A DNA stretch of 64,000 bases. Origin: Mytilus californianus. Lineage: Eukaryota. Positions within the stretch are counted from its first letter, which is position 1. Every line of letters begins with the position of its first letter. Location: NCBI RefSeq assembly GCF_021869535.1, contig NW_026262679.1:87978001-88042000 (forward strand), read 5' to 3'. Positions 12,160 through 24,500 of the stretch are shown one piece after another. The position numbers were made by a program, and so were the translations under genes. The notes under the pieces were generated by a model. It was not told where the DNA came from. It saw nothing but the letters and a program-made list of their open reading frames with translations, and ran no database searches.

Positions 12160-13020
12160 ATAAGTTATTTTTCCCAGGTTGTTTCAGAAACATAAGTTAC
12201 CTCTCTCTGGTTGTTTTATGATATAAGATATCCTTTTCCCAGGTTGTTGCTGGGACATAAGTTATCTTCTACCCAGGTTGTTGCTGGGACATAAGTTATC
12301 TTCTTCCCAGGTTGTTGTTAGGACGTAAGGTATCTTCTTCCCAGGTTGTTGCTGGGACATAAGATATCCTTTTCCCAGGTTGTTGCTGGGACATAAGTTA
12401 TCTTCTTCTCAGGTTGTTGATAGGACGTAAGTTATCCTCTTTTCATGTTGTTTGTTGGACACAAGTCATCTTCTTCCCAGTTTGATGATTGGACATAAGT
12501 TATCTTTTTCCATGGTTTTTGCTGGGATATAAATTATTATTGTCCCAGCTTGTTGCTGAGATGTATGTTACCTTCTTTTGAGGTTGTTGTGGGACACAAG
12601 TTATCTTCTGTAAGGTTGTTGTGAGACACATGTTATCTTCTGTGAGGTTGTTGTGGGACACAAGTTATCTTCTGTAAGGTTGTTGTGGGACACAAGTTAT
12701 CTTCTGTAAGGTTGTTGTGGGACACAAGTTATCTTCTGTAAGGTTGTTGTGGGACACAAGTTATCTTCTTTTGAGGGTGTTGATATGACATAAGTTAACT
12801 TCCACCAAGGTTGTTGCTTGGAAAGAGGTAATTCTCATTTCAGGATGTTGGTTGGACATAATTTATCCTCTTCCCAGTTTGTTGATTGAACATAAGTTAT
12901 TGCCTTCCCAGGTAGTTTCTAGGACGTTAAAAATTCTCTTCCTAGGTTGTTGTGGGGACACAAGTAATCCTCTTCTCAGGCTGTTGATGGGAAATAAGTT
13001 ATCTTGTTTTCAGGTTGTTG
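12160..13020. repeat. Minisatellite with 34-bp units grading into 32-bp units (TTATCTTCTTCCCAGGTTGTTGCTGGGACATAAG / TTATCTTCTGTAAGGTTGTTGTGGGACACAAG)
   Basis: About 25 head-to-tail copies with no unique spacers. Near-identical 32-bp copies cluster at ~12600-12770. Confidence 0.92.
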
Positions 13021-13884
13021 TTTATTTGTATAGCTTGCTGTAATTACAATGTGTTTATTAACTATTTCGGGTATATTATATAGGTTTTAACCAGACAATG
13101 TCCAACAATCACATGATACTATGGAATTTCATAGCTTTCAGAGATGTTTTAGTAAAATTATCAACGAACAGGTACTAATTAGTAACATGGCCAAACATCC
13201 AATCAACTATGAGATGTATCAGTATTAAGATCTTTGTTTGAGTTGTTGACATCAGAAACTATAAATACTTCATGATAAACCTATCCAAGATAGTTCAAAG
13301 AAGGAACTACTTTGTCTACTTTATTGTTTTTTCACCAACAATTTGACAAGACCTGGCTCTGTTATTTCAGACAAAAGAAATCTATATAAAATCATATTTT
13401 TTCCAAATGTAATCAAAGGGTATATATTTGTTTTTCTGTTTCAAACAATGTCCTTTCATACAATGGCCAGTGTGCCATTTTTTAACTTTCTAGTTGGTCG
13501 TATTTAGTGGTTTTCAATGGAGAAAGGACCCATCAGGCATGAGATCACAGTTTTGCTAATTCTCTCATATAAGTTATAAACAGTCATATTTTCTTGATGG
13601 GACAGCGTGATTCATAGAATAATAAATAACAGTATTCAGCATTTACTTTAGTAAACTAAAGCCTCTAAAGAGCCAGTGTTGCTTTACATATCTATGCCCA
13701 AAGTCAATAATGATCACTATCCTACATTCATTTTAGTGAATTACAATCTCTTAAAGATTTGTAGCAAGATGCATGGCTCTTTCCATAAAATTTTCCTTTT
13801 TTTTTTTTTTTTCAATTCAATCAGACTGACTACTGAGTGGTTTCCTTTTTTCCCAGGTCATTCAGATGAAAATTTAATAATCTT

Positions 13885-14200
13885 AACAAGTGAAACTGCG
13901 AGCTAGTGCTCACTGATGATACCCCCGCCGCAACTGGAAAATCTTAATAGGGTGAAAATATGTAAGTGTTCGGTCAACAGGAACTTGTTGAGTGATGAAT
14001 CTGAAAACGCATCACATGGTAAAGCGGACTTATATAAACCCTGAAACCAAATTTCAGAAATCCTTATGATGTAGTTCCTGAGAAAGATACGACGAAAAAT
14101 ATTCATGGGATGGACTGACTGACCGATGGAGTAATGGACGGACGCATGGAAGGACAGAGGTAAAACAGTATACCCTCACTTTTTTAAAGCGGGGGTATAA
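13885..14200 (-). mobile_element. Short, apparently complete Helentron-associated non-autonomous element (HINE-like)
   Basis: On the minus strand: 5' TTATACCCCCGC sub-terminal repeat plus hairpin, a (GTCC/GTCA)-type microsatellite, the inverted partner GCGGCGGGGGTATC near the 3' end, then a terminal hairpin GTGAGCACTAGCTCGC and CTTGTT. Confidence 0.75.
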
Positions 14201-15539
14201 TTAGTACATTATTTTACAAAGCTTCCATACTATAATCTTAACTGGTATAAGTTTATCTCAGACTAGCAGGCAGTACCCATGCAGTTCCAGGCTTGACAAA
14301 GATGGAAAGAAGTAGGTTCATGAAGGGTCCATATTGGGACTAAAATTGAGTGAATTTTAACCTTAGTTATAATTATAAAAATTTGAAGACAAAATATGTA
14401 AAAATATCTGTTAAATACAAATTCAACAAGCTCTGATACATTAGTACAATTATGATGTCATTATGACATCATAATTGTGCTAAGGAAGAAATCATAAATT
14501 GACTAATTTTTGGCCAAAATTTTAATAGTTTTTGCTTCAAACAACATTGGCCACATACAAGGACCACAATAATTTTTTGTAAGGATGTATATCTGACAAA
14601 CATACATCATTTTATAACAATTTTATTTTGGTGGCCAATGTTTTTCAGAAGGAAATAGATCTTACATATGCATAAAAACAGACAATTTGGCTAAAAGCTG
14701 CCAACGTTGTTAAAATGAACAGCAGACAACAAAAGTATTTTGTTTATTTAAACATGCATATTTAAGATCGTAAATATAGGTATTTAAATGTGGTATTACA
14801 AAATTTTGTTTTTTAGGGCAAATGTAACGCCTTTGTTACCATACTCCATTGATTCTCCATATAATTCAACAGGATTTACAAGAACTCATTGCAGCCACTT
14901 GTGACACCTATAAGCACAGTATGAGGAATCTTTACAAAAGGGACTCTCATTCATTAGATTTTGTCTTGTACTTTTTCCAGAGAAGGTAAAACTAATATAC
15001 CACATCCCCTTATTTCGTATGAATCAGAACCAAGATCGTCTCAGGGGTCATTTCTTTCAACCAATCCTAGCAAATGAAATTTTTTTTTATGAAAACTTAT
15101 CCATTAATTATATCTGTTTAGTCTGCCTTAGACTAGCCTTTAAATTTCCTAAAAAAAAAGGATAAAAATGTGACATCCCAAATGAGCCTTTATGATTTCA
15201 TTGCTGCCATTAATGCCCCTCATCACTATGAAATAGGGATTGTTAATTGTGGGTCATCCTTTTCATCATTTCTATAAAGTTTGAAAGGGGTTGACTTTGT
15301 AGTTTAAGAGATGAATTTGAATCAACAACCTCTGTAGCCACATTTTTGCCTTGTCTGGATGAAATTTAAATGTTTTATAAAATATATATAATGTAATCAA
15401 GGTTTGTTAGTGGGAGCTACCTTAGGGATGAAAATTTCAAGGATCTTAGAATTGTAAATATGAATTGTAAACCTTTATATATTTTATCATTTTTTGTTAT
15501 CAGAAAAATTAACTAATATTTTTTTCACACATTTTAATA

Positions 15540-18500
15540 CTATAATAAATCATAGAAATAATCAAGTCCTTGTCCAATTTCCCATATAGCAATTCCTGTT
15601 CCTAATGATCTGGCCAGATCTAATCTCATCTGTATAGACTTTAATGTTGGATAAAATATCACATTAGCTTGCTGATTGTGTCTGAAAAAAACACATCCAA
15701 ATAAATTGAAATGATATATTTTACAAGAAAAAAAGAAAATTTCATATTTAGTAATATCTCACATATTCTTGCAGAAAAAATCTGTTAAAACCTCTAGAGA
15801 TATTGTAAGTCATTTGCCTTCTTTTCTAGTCAAAGTATATGAATTTTAAAAATGGATCAAATTATTTTTTCTAAATCAAAATTATCTCCCTTTCTGCAAA
15901 TGGTTTAATGAATGATGTATTACTATTGTAAAGGGGCAACAATCTGAGTTTCACTAGCATTTATCAAACCATAAATAAATAAATAAAAAATGACAGGGTT
16001 TCAAGACAATCAAATCAATGAATTTCAGCAAGAAAATTGTGAAAGGAGAGAAATAAGGAAGTGGTTGAACTTCTATTTACGTCAAAATTGCCAATTTCTT
16101 TGCATCCAATAATTAAATTTAAACATGTTTTTTTTTCATTCACTTCATTACAAGTTTATATGCTGTTATTCAGAACTTACTGTGTGTTTAAGTAATTAAG
16201 ACTTTGACAATTAATACAGATTTTTCATACTTGTTAAAGTAAAATATTGCTAGCAAAAATTGGAATGCAAGTTTTGATAGTTTGATAGGTGCAATTTTCA
16301 GTCAGTCTAATTTTGAGTGATAATAAAAGACAGTTTTGTGTGATCTGACCTATAACCACAAAACATATATTTAACATGTATAGCATGTATAGTATGTATA
16401 GCATGTATAGTATGTATAGCATGTATAGTATGTATAGTATGTATAGTATGTATAGCATGTATAGCATGTATAATATGTATAACATGTATAGTATGTATAG
16501 CATGTATAGCATGTATAGTATGTATAGCATGTATAGTATGTATAGCATTTATAGTATGTATAGTATGTATAGCATGTATAGCTAGCATGTGTAGTATGTA
16601 TAATATGTATAGCATGTATAATATGTATAGCATGTATAGCATGTATAGCATATATAGTATGTATAACATGTATAACATGTATAGTATGTATAGCATGTAT
16701 AAAATGTATAGCATGTATAGCATGTACAGAATGTATAGCATGTATAACATGTATAGTATGTATAGCATGTATAGCATGTATAGCATGTATAGAATGTATA
16801 GCATGTATAGCATGTATAGTATGTATAGCATGTATAGCATGTACAGCATGTACAGCATGTATAGTATGTATAACATGTATAGCATGTACAGCATGTATAG
16901 CATGTATAGCATGTATAACATGTATAGCATGTATAGCATCTATAACATGTATAGTATGTATAGTATGTATAATATGTATAGTATGTATAGCATGTATAGT
17001 ATGTATAGCATGTATAGCATGTATAGCATGTATAACATGTAAAGTATGTATAGCATGTATAGCATGTATAGTATGTATAGTATGTATAGTATGTATAGCA
17101 TGTATAGCATGTATAGCATGTATAACATGTAAAGTATGTATAGCATGTATAGCATGTGTAGCATGTATATCATGTATAGCATGTGTAACATGTATATCAT
17201 GTATAGCATGTGTAGCATGTGTAGCATGTATAGTATGTATAGCATGTATAGCATGTATAGTATGTATAGCATGTAGAGCATGTGTAGCATGTATAGCATG
17301 TATATCATGTATATCATGTATAGCATGTATAGCATGTATAGTATGTATAGCATGTATAGTATGTATAGCATGTATAGCATGTATAATATGTATAGCATGT
17401 ATAGCATGTATAGCATGTATAATATGTATAGCATGTATAGTATGTATAGCATGTATAATATGTATAGTATGTATAGCATGTATAGTATGTATAGCATGTA
17501 TAGTATGTATAGCATGTATAATATGTATAGCATGTATATCATGTATAGCATGTATAATATGTATAGCATGTATAATATGTATAGTATGTATAGCATGTAT
17601 AATATGTATAGTATGTATAGCATGTATAGTATGTATAGCATGTATAGCATGTATAGCATGTATAGTATGTATAAATTATGTATAGCATGTATAGCATGTA
17701 TAGTATGTATAAATTATGTATAGCATGTATAGTATGTATAGCATGTATAGCATGTATAGTATGTATAAATTATGTATAGCATGTATAGTATGTATAGCAT
17801 GTATAGCATGTATAGTATGTATAAATTATGTATAGCATGTATAGTATGTATAGCATGTATAGTATGTATAGCATGTATAGCATGTATAGTATGTATAAAT
17901 TATGTATAGCATGTATAGTATGTATAGCATGTATAGTATGTATAGCATGTATAGCATGTATAGTATGTATAAATTATGTATAGCATGTATAGTATGTATA
18001 GCATGTATAGTATGTTTAGCATGTATAGTATGTATAAATTATGTATAGCATGTATAGTATGTATAGCATGTATAGTATGTATAAATTATGTATAGCATGT
18101 ATAGTATGTATAGCATGTATAGTATGTATAGCATGTATAGCATGTATAGTATGTATAAATTATGTATAGCATGTATAGTATGTATAGCATGTATAGCATG
18201 TATAGTATGTATAAATTATGTATAGCATGTATAGTATGTATAGTATGTATAGCATGTATAGCATGTATAGCATGTATAGTATGTATAAATTATGTATAGC
18301 ATGTATAGCATGTATAGTATGTATAGTATGTATAGCATGTATAGTATGTATAGCATGTATAGTATGTATAGTATGTATAAATTATGTATAGCATGTAAAG
18401 TATGTATATTATGTATAGCATGTATAGTATGTATAGTATGTATAGCATGTATAGTATGTATAGCATGTATAGCATGTATAGTATGTATAAATTATGTATA

Positions 18501-21500
18501 GCATGTATAGTATGTATAGCATGTATAGCATGTATAGTATGTATAAATTATGTATAGTATGTATAGTATGTATAGCATGTATAGCATGTATAGCATGTAT
18601 AGTATGTATAAATTATGTATAGCATGTATAGCATGTATAGTATGTATAGTATGTATAGCATGTATAGTATGTATAGCATGTATAGTATGTATAGTATGTA
18701 TAAATTATGTATAGCATGTAAAGTATGTATAGTATGTATAGCATGTATAGTAACCAATACTTACTTGTATTCACCTATATGTTCTGCTACATTTGAATCC
18801 CAATTAAATTTAGGTTTGTGCTTCTTTAAAATCTCTATAAATCTAAAAACAAACATAAATAAATTAATACCAACATTGGTTTGACAGATTCAGGAAAAAG
18901 CATTATTTGTGTGACAAAAAAAAAACAAACAAAATTAATGATTGAACACATGCATTTGCCCTCATTACAAATAAAATGTTTTTAGTGTAGAGTTAAGTGA
19001 ATATAAAACATTAGAATACATAAACAACTATCTTTTCAAAATTTTGCTAGACATAATTACAAGCTAAAAAGAAAAAAACTTTTTTTGTCCAATCAGTTAG
19101 AGTGAATAAAAAAAAACTTAAGTCACAATGTAACCAAATATTTTCAAGGGTATTGCAAATTGTGCAGAACAAAAAACTTACTGATGTCCTAAAATAGGTC
19201 CACCTCCACCAGCATGATATTCATTCCCATAAAAGTTTAATCCTAGTAAAATTTTCTTCCTGTTTGTAGCTTTGGGATCTATAGCTTCTACACATTGTTT
19301 CATCCATAATATTGGACTGTTTGGTCCAGGCCTGAAAATTAATTCAATCCTGTATTTTTTATCAAAATTGTTGATGAGTATTTGAAACTACCAAGTGACA
19401 ATCTTACACTATATTTAACACCTATGTTGTACTCTAGATGTCTTTGGTTTATTTGTGTTTTGTAGTTGTTATATCATTGGCATAGAACAAAGGGCTTAAA
19501 ATTAATTAAAGTTGTGGAAAAAATGTCTTGAGGCTGATTATCTCCCCCTTTTCTTCTTTAAGTAAATCTGAAATCATATCAAATACCCTAATGATTGAAA
19601 AAAAAATAAAAAACAACACCAAACATATTTGCATTCACATGAATACTGGAAAATTTACAGGTTCATGAAAATGATTTTTCTCTAAACTTTCGTAATACAC
19701 ATTTTGCAGTAGAGTTTACTAAATCACAGTTTTTTTTTTTGCAGCTTTTCAAACCTTTTTATGTTGTTTCTATACTTCTCTTGAGTTATTCAACAAGGCT
19801 TCCTGTCAATGATAAACAAATACACTTTTTTTCAAGTGCACTGAAAATTTCTTAAATGTATAGAATATAATTAACATGAGAAATTATGTCAATACCCTTA
19901 CTTTTTAGCTTGACATTTTGCACATGTATGAGGGTAGGAATGCCCTTTACCGTCAAGCATCAAATGTCCTTTTTGCGCTACCGTTAGCGTCAAATGAGCC
20001 TTAATTTTTTATTGTCATTCATCAAATCTAATTTTGTAGCTACCGTTATCTTCAAATGGAGTTAAATATTTATCGTTAACGTTATTCTTACAAATATTTT
20101 ACCATTATTTGTCATGTGGGGTACTCCATTACTACTTTCATGTATGTTGTTAATGACCTTATGTTGACCTTATGATGTCTTTTGGCTTTTATTTTGTTAT
20201 TTCTATTTTCAAATTCTGTATGATATAGACCCTACATTTCCATTTATTCATATTCACAGTTTGCAATCAATTATTAAGGATGCATTCCTTTGACGTTTCA
20301 GTCTCATTGAAATCTCGTTCTGAAATTATTTCCAAAACATGTGATACAACTGGAAAATATCAATGAATTTAAAAAATATTATAATCAAAATTAACTCTGT
20401 GAAAAAATTGTGTATTTACAATAAGTAGTTTTTGAGTAATAAAATTTTCATATTTTATAACCAATCAAGTCAGTCTCATTAGCCAAAATGTTGAGAAAAT
20501 GGGTGAGGGGTACAAGAAATGATTTTACCAGAAACATGTACATCCCATATCAATTTTTTCTTTTCAAATTTTTATATATGTATTTTGTCAATCATTTATA
20601 ACAAAGAAGTTGAAATAATATGCTTTTTGTTCTAAAAAAAAAGAAAAATCCCAAATTTACAAAATTGACAGCATAGTAAATTTGACACGAAAAAGCTTCA
20701 AAATATGATAAAACTTTCTAATATTAACATCTACCTATAGTTTTTTTAAGTTAAATTTATTCAGATTGGTCCACTTCATCTATAGTGAAAGTATGAAAAA
20801 AAGTTTACTTGTGAAATTGTGATTTTTTTCATGATAATAGCCCAAAAATGGGTAAAAATTGATGAAAAATGGGAAAATCATCAAAATTGGGTACTTTCTA
20901 ATGGCCATAGTAAAAAAAGAAGTGCACCACCATATGATTTTTTCTTCACCAATTATTTTTTTTACAGTCATATAAACCCAAAAATCAGGTTAAGAAAAAA
21001 AGTTTAATTCTAGAAATTTTTGGCTCCTCAGAGGTGTACATCCTTAATAATAAATGGATATTTTTTGGTTAAGTTTTTGATTTTCTTATTCAACACTAGG
21101 CAATAATATTCCTAAAAATAACAAAATGAATTATGCATTAATTTTCTTAGAAAATTACCTTTGTGAATTTGAAAAATCATATGTCATCAGACTAAATCCA
21201 TCAATGACTGGTGCCAGCTTCTCAAATTCCTTCTTACCAAACATTCCAGCTTGGTCACTGAAAAATAGTTATAATGTAAACAGAAAGGTTTAAACTGTTG
21301 GCAGCTGCCTGCCCACTGTACTCCACTATTTCAATGTCTGTATATTTGCTCTCGGAAAACCATATTAAAAGCATTGGTTAAACGAGTTAAAAAAATATTG
21401 CACGGAAACGACATAAGGTGCCATTTATTAATTCATCAAGGACCATAACTTCTGAAGAGTAAAAGCGAAAATCGTCAATATCAATATTTACTTCCATTTT

Positions 21501-24500
21501 GTCATCAGTAACAACATTATAAAATTTGAAAAGCATTGGTGGAACTGTTCATAAGTAATTGCACAGAAACTGTTGGTAGTTCCCCGGCCTCTGTACTTTA
21601 TCATTTTAGTAATCAGATTTATACTACAGAAGATCCCACATGCAAAAGTGTTATGCATGAATAAATTCCAAAGCTTAACCCTACATATTAAAAAGTTTTA
21701 TAATAGATTATATAATAACATTTATATGCATAAAAAACTTACCTTGCATAAACTGGAGGTGGAATAACTAAAATTAATGTTTTCTTTGCTGCTTTAAATG
21801 TTTCTCCCATGTGAGTTAAGAAATGCACTAACTCTCTAAAACAGTAAAGAAAGAAACACCTTAGAACTATATATAAATGAAATTTTAATCATATCTAACA
21901 CGTTTGTAAAGTATACAATTCAGTTTGTATGAAAACTTGAGGCTGTATCCGTCACCTGATTAATATTGATACAATTCAAGAAGAATATTTCTGATAGTTT
22001 CTGGCAAAAAAGCAAAAAATGGGTAAAAATGTTCTTTTAAGGGCAATAACTCCAATAAAGCATATACTGACGATTGTCGCCATGTTGTCTTTTAAAACTT
22101 GTCCTGATGATAATTTTTGCTGTTAACAGTTTATCTCTATCTATTATAATTTCTGGGGGAAAAAAAACCACAAAAATGGATAACATTGATTTCATCTTTC
22201 TAGGGCTGTAACATCTATAATGAGTTGACTTATAATTTCAGCCATGTTTACTTATTTGTAGAAGTTGTCCTGCTGATCATTTTTTCCTTTAAAGTTTCAC
22301 TTGATCTATTATGATTTTATTGATTATAGCCAAAATTGAAAAAAAATGATAACGAACAATACTTGGGTTTTATACATATGTTTTATGTAAGCCATGGCTG
22401 CCATGTTTGTTGGCAGGAATGATCATCAAATCATCCCACACATTTTTTAAACTATATATATATAAAGTATAGATTCCAATTGGCTCAATACTTTTGGAGG
22501 AGATGGTTTTTGTAAAAGTTAAAGGACGATGGTGACGACAACCACAGATGACAGAAGCTGAATGATAGCAATACCTCACACTGACCTTAAAAGGAGATGG
22601 AAAGTTAACAACATTGTAACAGCAACTAAAGGATAAAAAATTGTTGAACATTTAGAATATGGTATTGATGACAGATCTTTGATGGTCTACAGTGAATTCA
22701 TGAACCACTTATTTATATGGAAGCATTAAATAGCTTCAACTTTGACAATATTTAATGTTTAAAATATATATTGTCAACCTCAAAGAAAATAAATTTCGAG
22801 TTGATAAAATAGGTGGAATTTTTACTGCCAATTGTCTGATATTGTATTTTGACAATTTTATTAAACAACCATTACACTCTGTATGCTATTGAACAGACAT
22901 TAAACAGTGAAGTGGTAGCATTTCATTCAAAGAGGAATATTTACTGTGTACATTTCTATAAAATAAAAATAAATTCCTACTTTCTTTTTTGTCCACCAAG
23001 TTGTGACCATATTTCTACTATTAAACCATCAAATTTATATTTCTGAAAAATAAATTGTAAACGAAGTTGTCATTAATTTTTCTTGAGCTTTTGTTTATAA
23101 CAAGAAGGGAGATAATATAAAACTTTAACATCTATTATTTGTTGTTGTAGATTAATGGAGATGATTCAAAACTAATAGTTTGTCTCACTACAACTTAAAA
23201 CAACAGTTCAAAAATGTTCACTTGAAATGTGTTGAAAATAGAAAAGTTAAGAATACATTTGTATACTAAATATTTTCTTGGACAAAAAACAGTTTCAGGC
23301 TATGATTACACATTTAGAAAATTTCTGTTTATTAAGGTTAAAACTTAAAAAATCAGCAAGCAATTAATTGCAACTCAAAACTGTATAGAGAGACTTAATG
23401 CTTGTTTTCCTTCTTTTTATCATAACCCCTTTATTTGAGTTTAGCAATGGTTGCAATAATGTTTAATGGCAATTGGTTCATTACCCATAATTCTCTAGGG
23501 ATGTCTTTTAGATCATGTGTTGCAAGTTTAATAGCTGTCTACATGATATCATATGTATTTATATGGTCCAGACTGTATGTGTACAGTGAACATATTCATA
23601 TGGTTTAAAACACATACTCTAGTATTCTTTCAATACCTTTGTAAACTTTAACATAGTGTCTATACAATCTTCGATGTTGTCTTCACTGGAAAATGTGGCT
23701 TCAAAATCCTTTAAACTCCAACCATCAAATAAAACTCTTGGAACTAAAATAGACATGAATGCAGTTACTTTCTATGATATCATTGATATGAGTATATCTA
23801 ATTATATCTTATACATTATGATTCAAACCCGCCTTAACAGTCACCTTGTTTCAGCGTTCAAACATTTGAAGGGTGAAATTTCACTGGCTTATATAAATAA
23901 ATAAATACCAGAACATAAAGTAGATTGGAGTGTTGTCAGAATTCCTTGTAAGCAAAGCATGGACAAAATATCTGTAATTTAATCACATTGCCATGTATAC
24001 CATTGACTTAATTTACACAAAATGTCATAGTAATTGTTCCCTCTTTAAACGCTTTTTCTTCATCCTGAATAATGAGGGAAGTGAACCACAGAACTTTAAC
24101 TAAAGATAGAGTTTGATTATTTAAGGAATGGTTTATACAAACCCATTTTTGTGTTTCCTTCCTTGACCTCTTCAGTCCATCCTGAAATATACAAATAAAG
24201 GAACATAACATAAATATATCATTAGTTTTATATATTAACTTTTCATGATTTAACATGAATCAAAATGTAACTATTTCAGAATATATGGTAAAACATTCTT
24301 GTGCTAAAATCCTTTATGTTTTTCCCATCTGGGCAGAACTATTCTCATTTTACAAACTCCAGTCAATATCATAACTGTCATCATTCCATAATACGTGTCT
24401 TCGTAAAATTTGCAAGATCTTCTGGCCAAAAACCATAAGTAATAAAGACCTACACAACCTAACCGTACAAAGAGACATCAGAGCATAAATTAAAGAAAAG

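Noticed and set aside
14250-15360. Exon-like segments downstream of the CHID1 stop on both strands (e.g. + 14873-14985, - 15066-14840)
   Set aside because: Plausible AG/GT pairs exist, but the frames contain multiple stops or cannot be joined, and no protein family is recognisable. More likely CHID1 3' UTR or intergenic DNA.
16234-18884. Long ORFs of MYS/MLY/CIA repeats (up to 239 aa)
   Set aside because: They are translations of the 9-bp satellite, whose unit is a multiple of 3 and lacks stops in some frames. They lie inside a CHID1 intron with no gene context.
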